Assembly (NCBI RefSeq): GCF_006345805.1
Contig: NC_042999.1
Span: 148,242,001 to 148,306,000, forward strand
Source: Octopus sinensis
Lineage: Eukaryota
Direction of reading: 5' to 3'
Length of the DNA: 64,000 nucleotides
Part shown: positions 12,061 to 24,786 of the stretch, one piece after another
Position numbering within the stretch: position 1 is the first letter of the stretch
How the letters are laid out: the number at the start of each line of letters is the position of its first letter
Notes under the pieces: model-generated
Told to the model about the DNA's origin: nothing
The model's input: the letters and a program-made list of their open reading frames with translations, nothing else
The model's database searches: none
Translations under genes and position numbers: made by a program

Positions 12061-12616
12061 CACAAAGAGTTAACCTATGACAGGACACCTCACATGCTAG
12101 AAAGTGCAGTTAAAACCCAAACCACGAATAAAAGCAATTTCAAAGTGAATGAAAATAGAAAATATTTTTATAGTTAATGAACAAATAAATTAATTTAATC
12201 ATCTGTATGTCTTCAGTGAAGTCTACTATAAGTTAATGCATAATTATGAAGCAAATTTTCTTAATTTCAAAAGCTTTTGGGTACGCAATTTTAATTTATA
12301 TTATTATTATTTGCTGCCGAATGTAACTGCGCGTGCGTGGTAGATTTGAAAATATAATGTTTAAGTATACAGCATACACGTGTATTTTCGGTTCGTATTT
12401 GCTTCATAATTATGTATTAACTTATAGCAGACTTCACTGAAGACCTACAGATGAAAAATGATTTATTTACTCATTAATACAGAAACTCGAGTCTAGAGTT
12501 AACTATAAAAATATTTTTTTATTTTCATTCTCTATGAAATTGTTTTTATCCGTGGTTTGGGTTTTAACTGCCCTTTCTAGCATGTACAGTGTCCTGTCAT
12601 AGGTTACCTCTTTGTG
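12061..12616. mobile_element. Foldback MITE with ~200-bp terminal inverted repeats and TA flanks
   Basis: 12061-12256 matches the reverse complement of 12397-12616; termini TA|CAC...GTG|TA. Confidence 0.85.
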
Positions 12617-12629
12617 TAATGTGTGTATG

Positions 12630-12660
<31 letters not shown>

Positions 12661-13328
12661 GTGTGTTTCTGTGCCTGTGTGTGTGTTTCTGTGCCTGTGT
12701 GTGTGTGTACGCATATATATTCATTTGTTTCGTTTGTAGTATGTGGGACATATTATATACAGACCAGATTTAGCACTAGAAGGCAGGGGCAAAATCACCG
12801 TTGATATTTAAATCAATTTATTTGTCATTCTTTGCGTACGTCTCAGTAATGCATTTTAATAAGTACTGCACAAACTATATCAAGTGCAACTCTCACTGGA
12901 GGAATTTAGAAGATCCATTAGAAAACAAATTCACTGATGAAATTTATAAGAAAAAGTAAAAGAGAGAATAAGATGGAGCTTAAAAGATAAAATCAGTGAT
13001 CAATTAATTTACAGTAGTAATTGACAGGCATCAAGTTTCGCTTATAACAGTTGATTTTATAACAGTTTTAAGATTAAAATATAAATTAGTATACGTGACT
13101 TCGCGTAATAAATGCTATTGTCAGAATTGTTAACATCAGAAACACGATTGGAGATCATGAATAAATAAGTACATGCAATAGTTGTCAGCATAAATTAGAA
13201 TTTTATTATAAAAGATAAGAATATATACATAAGTAATGAAATTAAGTTTGGACGATATGACACACAGATGTTCAGGTATTTACACTTATAAATTCCTTTT
13301 ACACAAAATAAGTAATACATAAATCTTG

Positions 13329-13716
13329 GCTTCAAATTTTTGCAGAAGGCCAGCAAATTCAGAGGAGAGTTAAGTCGATTACTTCGATCCCAGTGTTCAA
13401 CTGGTACTTATTTTATCGACCCTGAAAGGATGAGAAGCGAAGTCGACCTCGGCAGAATTAGATTGCAGAACGTAAAGACAGACAAAATACCTATTTCTTT
13501 ACTACCCACAAGGGGCTAAACACAGAGAGGACAAACAAGGACAGAAAAACGGATTAAGTCGATTATATCGACCCCGGTGCGTAACTGGTACTTATTTAAT
13601 CGACCCCGAAAGGATGAAAGGCAAAGTCGACTTCGGCGGAATTTGAACTCAGAAAGTAGCGGCAGACGAAATACTGCAAAGCATTTCGCCTGGCTTTTCT
13701 GCCAGCTCGCCGCCTT
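13329..13716 (-). mobile_element. tRNA-derived SINE family A, dimeric form
   Basis: Head GGCGGCGAGCTGGCAGAA, B-box GAGTTCAAATTCC, body present twice with a linker. Confidence 0.85.
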
Positions 13717-13839
13717 AAATTATACATAAATATTAACATCAACAGATTTAGACAGATACATACATGAACACAAATACATTCCCTTATATTCCACAGACAA
13801 TATTTTGATCTCCAGGCACTGCTACGTTGATTATTAATC

Positions 13840-14350
13840 ACTCTTGTTTGTCCCTCCTAAAGGTTATTATATTCTAATACCTTGTCTGTCTGAAAGTCAA
13901 AGTCCCAGAGAATTTTTACCTTCGCCTTTTTCGTCCATTACCTATTCTGGTGTATATTAGTACCAAGCACCCGTTACCACGTATCCATACTTCCAGCATA
14001 GTAGCCAGTGAAGGTTCTACGCCGTCTTGTCGTGTCTGCGCTTGCATTCTTTCTGCACAAGACTTTCACGCTCACTAACAATGTGAGTCACGTTTTCGAC
14101 CCTCTTCCTACACATTCTGCAAAGATTCGTTGCACTTGCGTTCTATGTAACTCTATACACTGAGTTGGTATTCAATGCCTGATCCTGGGCAGATATAATT
14201 AGGCTTTCAGTCTTCTTTTTCTATGTCACCCTTGTTGAACCACATCCATGACGCTTCCTGAACTTTTAAGTTGTTAGTTTCACGGTGCAACTGACCATGT
14301 AATTTCATGCGGAGTAAAGTTTCTTCTCTCTCGTTAGCTATTTGTGATCG
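13840..14350 (-). mobile_element. Old degenerate R4/Dong LINE fragment
   Basis: Minus strand reads KTESLIISAQDQALNT...LCRMCRKRVENVTHIVS with stops. Confidence 0.7.
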
Positions 14351-14354
14351 GAAT

Positions 14355-14378
14355 TGATTAGCATTATTATCATCATAT

Positions 14379-14414
<36 letters not shown>

Positions 14415-14423
14415 TATTATTAT

Positions 14424-14479
<56 letters not shown>

Positions 14480-14501
14480 TTATTATTATTATTATTATTA
14501 T
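14355..14501. repeat. (TAT)n-(TAC)n-(TAT)n compound microsatellite
   Basis: Directly visible. Confidence 0.95.
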
Positions 14502-16202
14502 TTCTCTCTATCGCATGTTTTGTTGAAGCTGTTGGAGTTTTACAGGCGTAGTGGGCTTGCTACCTGCAGACTACGGTTCCATGCTATCCGTTGTTTTCAG
14601 CTATCTAATACTTTCCTGATTATTCTTGCCGTGCCAAGGAGGTAAAACTTTTGTAAGAGTTCTACTGGACACTCTATTCCAATTTGCTTTATATTCCCCT
14701 TGATGCCTTCTGATACTGTTCCCAAAGACCCAACAATAACTGGCACTATCTTCACCTTCTTCATTTTCTATAGCCAAGCTATTTCGTACTTAAGATGGCT
14801 GAATTTATCTAGCTTTTCGCCTTCCTTCTTGGTTATTCGTAGGTTAAAGGGGCATGCAAGATCAACTATATAGCATATGTGGTGCATCTTGTCTACCACC
14901 GCTAGGTCCAGTCTGTTATCTTCTAGCACCTGATCTGTTTGGTTTGCGAAATCCCAGAGGATTTTGCTAGTCTCCGACTCCGCCACTCTCTGCGGTTTGT
15001 GCTCATACCATGTCTTGCCTCTCTCTAACCCCCACTTTTTGCACAGTTTCCAATGTAGCACTTTCGCTACCTGATTGTGTTGCCACAACTTGTAGTGGTT
15101 TGGGGCAAGTTTAGGACATTCGTTCGTGACATGGGCAATGGTTTCATCCACTCTATTGCAGATGCAGCACAACGGAGACACTTGTTCGTTCCTAAGGATG
15201 ACACTCCAATTCATGACCAGAGCTTGGTCCTGCGCTGCCAGTATAGAGCTCTCGGTCACTTTTTTAGTGCTCCTTTCATCAGCCAATCCCACCTATTTTT
15301 TCCAGCAACTTCTGCTGTGGCTACATGGATTGATTGTGTAGTCCCTTCTTGCGTAATTCTTCCTCACATCCTTTTCGTATTTCTTCCTTTGTTTTTCCTT
15401 TTTTTCTCTGCCTTCAATACTCCCTCGTTCCTAACTCTCACTAACAAGGTTTCCTTACTTTGGACTAGGTATCTCATTAAGCTCTCGAGTTCGATAAAAA
15501 CACGCAGTCTTCCACACGTATCAGTCCTCTTTCTACATTTGCTCTCTTCATGTATAGGCGATCAGTGTCTGCATGTGGATGATAGACACCATGCATCGTT
15601 AGAAGCTTTTTTGACTTCCTGTCCATCTCCCTTAGTTTCTCCTCTGCCCACATCAGGATTCCAGCACCATACCAAACTACTGCGCGCGACTTTATTGTCG
15701 AAATTATGTTTCTGGCATTTAGATTCGAAGCCAAATTTTTCTCACTCACCGCAGGTACTCTCTTTTTCTCTTTTCCTTCATGTCATTGTGTTTGATTCCA
15801 TCTGCCTCAATTATTCCCAGGTATTTATATCTGGACTGAGGTTCAATTGCCTTCATCATTTTACCACTTGGCAACCATATGCCTTCTGTCCTGGCAAGCT
15901 TTCCTCGTCTCATCACCATCGTAGCATATTTTGAGAGTCAAAACCCCATCTTAATATCATTGGAGAAAATCTGCACAATCTGGACTAGGCTGTCCAATTC
16001 TGCTTTAGTTTTTGTGAATAGCTTCAGGTCGTCCATGAATAGCAAGTGGTTCAGTTTTCCCTTACATCTTCCCAGATCATGCCCCAACTTTGTTTTCTGT
16101 ACTATTTCACTCAAGGGGATCATTCCTAGCACGAATATCAGTGGGGGACACTGCTCCCCTGGAAGATACCTCCCTTGATTTTCACCTCTCCTAATACTTG
16201 AT
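14502..16202 (-). mobile_element. 5'-truncated R4/Dong LINE, second family
   Basis: GGIFQG, HLLFMDDLKLF, WYGAGILMW, AAQDQAL, CCICNRVDETIAHVTNEC, LWDF..QTD in ORFs 15938-16132, 15477-15749 and 14768-15292; (ATT)n-type tracts on both sides. Confidence 0.85.
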
Positions 16203-16229
16203 TCTTATTATTGGAAGTGTTATTTATTA

Positions 16230-16307
<78 letters not shown>

Positions 16308-16316
16308 CACCATAAA

Positions 16317-16530
16317 GGCGGCGAGCTGACAGAATCGTTATCATGCCGGACAAACTGTTTAGCGGCATTTCGTCCGTTTTTATGTTCTGAGTTCATATTC
16401 CGTCGAGATCGATTTTGCCTTCCATCCTTTGGGTTCGATAAATTAAGTACCAGTGAAGTTCTGGAAGTCAATGTAATCGACTTAACCCCACCTCCAAATT
16501 TCGGACCTTGTGCCTATAGTAGAAAGATCA
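16317..16530 (+). mobile_element. SINE family A monomer
   Basis: Same head and body as 13329-13716. Confidence 0.85.
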
Positions 16531-16770
16531 TTCTAAAGCCTTTGATAGGGTCAATACTTGCCAGCTGTCCTCAAGGCAGCCAGTTTCGGTACAGCTTTCC
16601 GCGGTTGAATCGCTGCTTTGTACAGCGGCATCTGCTCGGTTGTTCGGGTGAACGGTCACCTGTCGGAGCCATTCAGCATCATGCGTTCGGTCCGTCAAGG
16701 GCACCCTCTCTCATCCCTTCTGTATGTATTGACCCTTGAACCATTACTGCGGAAGTTGGTAGCTTTGCCT
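16525..16770 (+). mobile_element. L1/Tx1-type reverse transcriptase fragment
   Basis: Manual translation DHSKAFDRV...YSGICSVVRVNGHLSEPFSIMRSVRQGHPLSSLLYVLTLEPLLRKL. Confidence 0.75.
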
Positions 16771-16879
16771 AAGAAAAGTTGTTATAGTTAGTTTAGTGAA
16801 GCATATAAACGTATTACTATAGGTTATTTAGAATGTGATTTAGTTGTGATCCTGTGGTGCTTCGCTTGTGTTTGTACTA

Positions 16880-17460
16880 TAGGGTACGTAAAAAGTAAGT
16901 AGGCATTAAAAATTGGTGATAAAATCTATATTCCTTTTACAAATTTGTTGAAACAAATGACACATGTTCTTTATTATATTGGAAAATAAAAGTAAATTTT
17001 CATATTTCAATGTGAGGACCGGTTGAGTCAACCAGTTTCCTCAAATGGCCAGGGATGGAATGAACAACCTTCTGAAAGATGTCATCTGGGATTTCATTGA
17101 GAACCTCCTCAATCCGTGTCTTCAAGTCCTCCAGTGTGCGAGGTTTTGTCTTGTACACCTCCTCTTTTGTGTAACCCCACAAGTAAAAATCCCATGGCGT
17201 GAGATCTGGACTTCTTGGAGCTCTGGACTTCTGGACATCTGCAGTCACAGTCTTCAGGTTTTAGCTCCTGCACGTAATGGGGTTTCCACATATCGTCAGC
17301 CACCAAAGACATGCTCAACTGGTTAAAGTCGAGCAACTGAAAAGCAAATCTGTGGTATTGAGCAGAATATTTGCTGTAGCCCATCTTTTATACCAAGACA
17401 AAACAATGTACATGATAATACTTCCAATCAGTTAAAATCAAAAGCCACGAGAGCCACTGT
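16880..17460 (-). mobile_element. Internally deleted Tc1/mariner-superfamily transposon (PRSPDLTP.DF.LWG type)
   Basis: ORF 17000-17248 PRSPDLTPWDFYLWGYTKEEVY...HIEI joined to an N-terminal remnant; TIR-like end TA|TAGGGTACG at 16880. Confidence 0.8.
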
Positions 17461-17478
17461 CTGGTACTGCATCAGGGC

Positions 17479-17544
<66 letters not shown>

Positions 17545-17545
17545 G

Positions 17546-17814
17546 GGCGGCAAGCTGGCAGAATCGTTAGCACACCGGGCGAAATGCTTAGCGGTATTTC
17601 GTCTGTCACTATGTTCTGAGTTCAAATTCCGCCGAGGTCGACTTTGACTTTCATCCTTTCGGGGTCGATTAAATAAGTACCAATTTCGCACTGGGGTCGA
17701 TATAATCGACTTAATCCATTTGTCTATCCTTGTTTGTCCTCTCTGTGTTTAGCCCCTTGTGGGTAGTAAAGAAATAGGTATTTCGTTCTGAGTTCAAATA
17801 CTGCCGGGGTCGGC
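17546..17814 (+). mobile_element. SINE family A, first unit plus start of second unit
   Basis: Head at 17546, linker, second B-box truncated at (TAT)n. Confidence 0.85.
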
Positions 17815-17929
<115 letters not shown>

Positions 17930-17960
17930 TTGTTGTTGTTGTTGTTGTTGTTATTATTAA

Positions 17961-18113
17961 GGCGGCGAAGGTGCTGGCAGAATCGTTAGCATGCTGGACG
18001 AAATGCTTAGCGGTATTTCGCCCGTCGCTCCGTTCTGAGTTCAAATTCTGCTGAAATCGACTTTGCCTTTCATCCTTTCGGAGTCGATAAATTAAGTACC
18101 AGTTACGCACTGG
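17961..18113 (+). mobile_element. SINE family A, 3'-truncated
   Basis: Head and body match the family. Confidence 0.85.
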
Positions 18114-18489
18114 TAAAATTGAGACCTTGTGCTTCCACTAGGAAGAATTATTATTTTTTTTTTTTTTCTTCAAATTTTCTTCCATTTCTCGCCGAGTGTT
18201 TTCCGTACACCTAGAGCAGAGAAGCTTATTGTGTGCATTCCCAGGTTACACACGCAAATTCGCAGGTAAAATATGTATTTTAAAAAAATTAATAAATAAC
18301 TAAATTCATGAATGGAGGTTGTTTTTACACCGATAATGCTCTTCTCGGTGCATGAGTCGTTCCAGTTAACACGATTTTTTGCACTTCCTGTAGGGATGGT
18401 AAGCCTGGTATCATTTTCAAATAGGTTTCAGTACCTTCTTTTATCATTCCTAGAGATCCTACAATCACTGGTACTGTAGTCACCTGATA
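18114..18489 (-). mobile_element. 3' end of a third R4/Dong family
   Basis: Minus strand YQVTTVPVIVGSLGMIKEGTETYLKMIPGLPSLQEVQKIVLTGTTHAPRRALSV* plus 3' UTR. Confidence 0.75.
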
Positions 18490-18507
18490 TTATTATTATT
18501 ATTATTA

Positions 18508-18578
<71 letters not shown>

Positions 18579-18581
<3 letters not shown>

Positions 18582-19677
18582 TAGTTTTATTTTTATAGCG
18601 TGCTTTCACTTCACTACCGAGCGCAGCTCTGTGTGCCTTGGGTATGTGCTGTGATTTGTTGTGATGCTCTGATGGTTATTGTATGGAAAGTGTTCTGCGT
18701 AGGATGTGTGCAGTGCCTAGTAGTGCAATTTTCTGTATGTTATATGTGTTTGTAAGTCCTGGTGTTTTTGTTATGTATTTGTCTGAATATTTTTTTATCA
18801 TACCTAATGCACCTACTATGATAGGAATTGTTTCTGTTTTCAGGTTCCACATTCTAGTTACCTCTATTTCCAGGTCTTTGTATTTTGAGAGTTTCTCCAT
18901 TGCTTTTAGAGACACGTTGTCATCTGCCGGTATTGATACATCAATTAGAAAGCATTTTTTTTCTTCATGATCTCTGACAACTATATCTGGTCTGTTGGCC
19001 TTAATTTCTCTATCTGTGTGTATCGGTATATCCCAGAGTATGGTTGCTTTCTCGTTTTCTGTGACCTTTTCTGGTGTGTGCCTATACCATCTTTTTTCTA
19101 TTGTTATTCCATAATGTTGGCATAGCTTCCAATGTATGTAGGTTCCAACTCTGTCATGTCTGTGAATATATTCCTTCTTAGCCAGGACTGGGCAGCCAGA
19201 GATAATATGATTTATTGTTTCTTGTCCATCTCCACATATTCTGAAGTTACTTGTAATATTTCTTTTCATTACATGTTTTTGGTAATTTCTGGTGGGGAGG
19301 CTTTGGTCTTGTGCTGCAATTAAAAATCCCTCTGTTTCTGCTTTGAGTCCTGAGCTTCTCAACCATTGCTGGGATTTTTCTTTGTCTATTTCTTTTGCGT
19401 TTAGTTTAGTCCAGTATTTACCATGAAGGGGCTTTTCTTGCCATCGTTTTATCATGGCTCGTTGCTGTTCTATTTTTAGTTTGGATTTCATTTGTTTTAT
19501 AGCTTTTGTTGTTTCTTCATCATCTTCTTCTTCTTCTTTGTGTTTATTAGGTGGTATGATTTCTTGTTTGTATTTGTCAGCTTCCTTAAATACTGAGAAT
19601 AGTTTTTTGTTTTGCTCGTGTTTTGCTGCTATCTGGATCAGTTTTCCTTCCTTCTGAAGTAGGTATTTTTGCAGTCC

Positions 19678-19679
<2 letters not shown>
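18579..19679 (-). mobile_element. 5'-truncated copy of the 5588-9663 R4/Dong family
   Basis: ORF 18676-19491 is nearly identical to 5685-6481; same 3' junction; (TAT)n on both sides. Confidence 0.92.
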
Positions 19680-19726
<47 letters not shown>

Positions 19727-19729
<3 letters not shown>

Positions 19730-20058
19730 TAGTTTTATTTTTATATCGTGTTTTCACTTCACTACCGAGCGCAGCTCTGTGTGCCTTGGGTATGTGCTGT
19801 GATTTGTTGTGATGCTCTGATGGTTATTGTATGGAAAGTGTTCTGCGTAGGATGTGTGCAGTGCCTAGTAGTGCAATTTTCTGTATGTTATATGTGTCTG
19901 TAAGTCCTGGTGTTTTTGTTATGTATTTGTCTGAAAATTTTTTTATCATGACTAATGCACCTACTATGATAGGAATTGTTTCTGTTTTTAGATTCCACAT
20001 TCTGGTTACCTCTATTTCCAGGTCTTTGTATTTTGAGAGTTTCTCCATTTCTTTTAGA
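19727..20058 (-). mobile_element. Short 3' copy of the same R4/Dong family
   Basis: ORF 19824-20048; same 3' end; (TAT)n on both sides. Confidence 0.92.
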
Positions 20059-20073
20059 TTATTATTATTATTA

Positions 20074-20121
<48 letters not shown>

Positions 20122-20304
20122 CATTATTATTATTATTATTATTATTATACTCGTCCCTGTTTCTCTATCTTTCTGTGTTTTTCTTGTTTGATGTACTATC
20201 GGCCAGGGTAGAAACTTGTTTTTCCTTCCTGTTTTGGGCTGAAGAAAATTTGCTCACTTTCACCTAAAAACGTTTCATAATAATCGTTATTCGCAACTCT
20301 TTAA

Positions 20305-20432
20305 GGCAGCAAGCTGGTAGAATCGTTACCGCGCCGGGCAAAATGCTTGACGGTAATTCGTCCGTCTTTATGTTCTGTGTACAAATTCAGCCGCAGTCGA
20401 CTTTACTTTCCATCCTTTCGCAGTCGGTAAAA
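20305..20432 (+). mobile_element. SINE family A, truncated and older
   Basis: Head and B-box region match the family with more substitutions. Confidence 0.75.
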
Positions 20433-20541
20433 TACCTTGCTCAATGAAACCACTACGGGTTACAGGTGTTATGGTATGTTGGGAATTTTTCTTTTCCAAC
20501 AGTTTATTCTGTTGTGTGTATATGTAATAATAATAATAATA

Positions 20542-20607
<66 letters not shown>

Positions 20608-20637
20608 GATGATGATGATGATAATAATAATAATAAT

Positions 20638-21023
20638 GTCCCTTAGTGGCTGACGATATGTGCATCTCTGATCACGAGCAGAAGTAGTGGGGGAGCATCA
20701 TAGCCATGTGTTGAGAGGGATTCTTTGGGGTTTGAATAATTCACCTCTGGAAACATGGGTAGTTCTTTCAACATCTTTAAACAACCCTTATTCAGGGACC
20801 GTTTGAGCGGGATGGGCTACTCAACCTGAAGAAAATTCTAACTGGGCCCCACCTGCAAGGTCATGTACTGTTTATCTTGATATGAAATCACCATGTCGTG
20901 CACATATGGTTGTGATGCATGTGCCTGGTGTACCCTTATCAGACGGGTAGTCATGATGGGTATATTGGGCTTCGTATATTTTACCCTAGTGTCACTTTGA
21001 TAGCATGAACTGCTCCCTCACTC

Positions 21024-21024
<1 letters not shown>
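20638..21024. repeat. Unclassified ~390-bp element between (AAT)n tracts
   Basis: GC-richer block with sharp edges at microsatellites; no ORF or tRNA head recognised. Confidence 0.45.
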
Positions 21025-21079
<55 letters not shown>

Positions 21080-21080
<1 letters not shown>

Positions 21081-21480
21081 GAAGATTTGAAAGAAACCTG
21101 GGAAGTGAAATGTCAAATGGGCAAAAAACTCACTTTCACCTAAATACTGGAAGCAGAGGAGATAAAAAATGAAGAAACGAAACAGACTACTAGTAGGAAG
21201 TGCACAAGGAGAATAAGAAAATTATTGCAGTCAGATATGGAGCTGGAATTATAGACTGGACAAAAATGTTATAAAGAAGCTTGACAAGAAAGACTAGGAT
21301 GGAAGAAGATTAATTGCAGTAGAAGAATGTGTATAGTTGGAAAGAAAAAGCTTAGTAGAGTGTTTACTGAGCAGCACAGAAAAACTACGAAAGACAGTGA
21401 ATGAAGAAGTGATGAAACGCGTAATAGAAAAGAGGAGAAAAATTAAATACAAAGAGAGCACGTCCGAAGAATAGTAGAAA
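21080..21480 (+). mobile_element. Highly degenerate R4/Dong RT relic
   Basis: AVRYGAGIIDWTK...LDKKD...LIAVEECV across frameshifts. Confidence 0.6.
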
Positions 21481-21623
21481 CAGAGGCGAAATGATTACAA
21501 TCAATTACAACTTCCTCGCCTCTGCTATGGGCAAAACCAGAATATCCAATCCAGATATAGAGAAATAGACCAGACGTTGGAGAGAATACCTATATCTAAA
21601 TTTCTACGCAACAGCCGATACGA

Positions 21624-21847
21624 TTAACCCTTTAGCACTCAGATTATTCTGTCAAATGTAATGCTCATTTATTCACACTGGCAACATTTAATCACCCATT
21701 GCTTAGTAACTTTGAGATTTCAATGTGTTGTTCATTTTTAGAGTAATATTGTAGGGTTAGTGTGGGAAGCCGAATCTGGCCAGTTTGGAAATAAAACAAG
21801 TAAAACATCTTGGCCAGATATAGACGGTTTAAATGTTAAAGGGTTCA
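21624..21847. mobile_element. piggyBac-like MITE (TTAA|CCC...GGG|TT.A)
   Basis: Ends TTAACCCTTTAGCA and TGTTAAAGGGTTCA; a related copy in opposite orientation lies at 56471-56669. Confidence 0.7.
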
Positions 21848-24786
21848 TCACTGCATGTCAGCATACGCTGCATTGACTTTCAGCTAGGCAGAGGGATGGT
21901 ACACGAGAAATAATAAATCTGAAGGTCAGACCTGTTCGTTCAACCGACCATTTCCACAAAAGCTGACATGATGTTACACAACAAGACAATATAAAACCAT
22001 TCTATAATGGAAAGAAAATTCTTTAGTTATTTCTGCAAGAAACCTTCCTGTTTTCAATGAAAATGAATTAACGTTATGTACAATACTAATTAATCTTCTT
22101 TGTCAAACATTGAGTAAAAGAAATAACGCCAACTACTATAACATGTTTAATTGAGAAATCTCTACACGATCCTATAAAAACCAACGTGACAGTCTTTACA
22201 CGAAAGAATTTGAGAGCCACTACTCAAACAAATGAAAGGTTCTCAATCTTCGCGATTCATCTAAGAAACTTCTACAAGAAGCAAATAAAGACTATTGAAG
22301 AGCTTACGCTTGAGCTAGCAAGTGGGTGTTTAGTTGGTCTCAACTAGTAAGCTACTTCAAGAATCAAAAGTGTTCTCTGTTTGAACCAACAAGAAACTCT
22401 AGGTGACCCAATTAGAAAGCATTTCCTCGTGCTAAAAAGAGAGACAGTAATTGAACAAAGGAAGCTAATAAGGAACAATCTACCTGAGTCAGCCAGTAAA
22501 TCTCTACGTGTACCTATTTCCTTCAAATCATAATCTAAAGCTTTAAAAGAAATATTATTTCACCTAGCCTGAAATATTCTGCGTTTGAAACAAATTAGAA
22601 TAGTCATGGCTTAAACGGTTTTTTTATTATGGCTCTGCTTGGACAGAAGTAGCAACAGTACGAACCGTAACAACAACAATTTATCTAACTAATAATTCTT
22701 GTCGCAGTGTAATGGGATTTATTTCTAGGACAATTTAGTTTGGTAGAGGACATCCTTCCCGAAATGTTTGTATGAAGTTGTTGGACTTGACAGTACAAAC
22801 TAACGAAGCTTTCGTTAATCTCTCAATGCCACTGCTGCTTACTGTAGCAAATGCTACTATACTGTTTCCCATTATTAGCAAAAGCCAGCATCAGCCGGCA
22901 TTGAGAGAGCGGTTTTACTAATGATCACTACGCAATGTAGGTTATAGGATGTAAACCGCCAACATTTTGGTAAAGAAACAACTTATTCTAACATTTAAAA
23001 AAGAAAGAATATTTCTGATTAAAACACTGATAAAAAAAAATTCGATACATAGAATACGACCAAACCAGCAAAGGAGCTAATGGAAAAGGCTAATTTGACA
23101 GGATTTTGAACACATGATGGAAATAATCACGACCCCTTAGGCACCACTCGACTCTATGTGGATGGTAAAAAAAAATGTTATACATTTCTTAAATTATTCA
23201 AATTGGTAACAAATTTTTAAATGAATAAGGAAAAAATCGAAAAATACAAAAAGAAATCCCGTGCATGATGTTCAAAGTAAAGAAAATTATTTAAATTTTA
23301 TTTTACCTTATTTTACTTGTAGACTTCTTCACAACGCGTTAATAGAACACCTTTTATCTTGATATTGAGAAATTATTATTCCACGTATGTGTGACTGTAA
23401 ATGAACTGTAAATGAATGTTAAAATGTTGAAAAGTTTTCATAGCTTCAGTTATATAAATTAATGTTAAATACCGCAGAACAAAGAATACCGTTTCATTTA
23501 ACATGCATTTTATGGCAAACGAGGAAATCTTTATTACATAAAAAGGTAAATTTAAATTAGTAACAGCTGGAAGTAGATAAAACATTATTTTATTTCTTCA
23601 ATCTGATTGCTTACACACATCGTGTATTCATGCTTAGGAATGACGCCTAATAGAAGGGATGCCACTACTAAAGTGGGTATTGTTTTGTATACTATTTTTC
23701 TTTCCTTTAGAAAAGAATTATAAATCAATTAAGTAATTGTAGAAAGGTTATTGACAAGAGCTAGTCACAGATGGCAATGCCGAGTGGATAGGGTTGGGTA
23801 CTATTACATCAAGTGCGATTTTGTAAATATCTGCGACAGTTGGTACAACCTAAGCAGCAGGAACATTAAATATTTGACGAGTGTTTCATTACTCTATAAT
23901 GCTAATCTTTTTGTAATAACATTGGCATATTAAAGATGGTAGAAAGCCATTCTATTGCAATATTCGCTGCAAATTTTCTGAAAATCTTTTAACTGCTTTC
24001 TCTGCATGAGTACTAGAAAACAACCGCGAGACAATTGTGATCTTGCTGATGTTACTTAATGCTACACCCGGTCACCCATGTGTGAGTAGACAGACTTGTA
24101 GTCAAATACATTCCAATTATGACCCACTTGTCTATTTTTGAAACTCGTTGTTTCTAGGATTAAATTATTTGAGGTATTCTTTTTTTTTTTTAAAGACAGC
24201 TAAGTGTGATTTGAAGAAGATTTGTATGTTATTTTAGCACTATTCGTGTAGAAAGTCACTCGCTGGTTTGTGAACTAGACTATTCGATTTAGCCTTCTCT
24301 AATCAAAGTCATCCATAAACATGCGAAGAGTAAGTTTAACAAAATGGAAGTTTTGACTGTCATCACCTTCCATAAGTTATTCATAAAAGGCATGAATTAA
24401 ATATTTGCATCAAGGATTTGAAACCCTGGCAGACTCAGCTTGCTCGCATCTCTCTTTTTACCATACAACACACGACGAACAACTAAAACCAACTGTCCGA
24501 AAAGTTTTAGCATTCATACTCTATTTTGTTTCCTTGACTTCCACATCGACTTCAACATAGATAAATTAACAATTGAAATATATAAAATTATATAATTCCA
24601 GAAGTTACTAAATAGACATCCAACATTCACTGAATTTTAAATCAAGAGTAAAGAGTAAATTGCGTTCTTGGATCATAATTTCATTGTATTTCGTTTTTAA
24701 AATAAAGATTCATTTGAAGCGAGTTTAATATGTAAACGGACTAACATCAAATTAACATAGTTGATTTAATATTAAACCTTTTCAAA

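Noticed and set aside
15077-15934. 285-aa plus-strand ORF, and similar ORFs at 7238-8623, 38676-38984, 40819-41899 and 27329-27928
   Set aside because: Antisense shadows of LINE/PLE coding regions or chance read-through into them.
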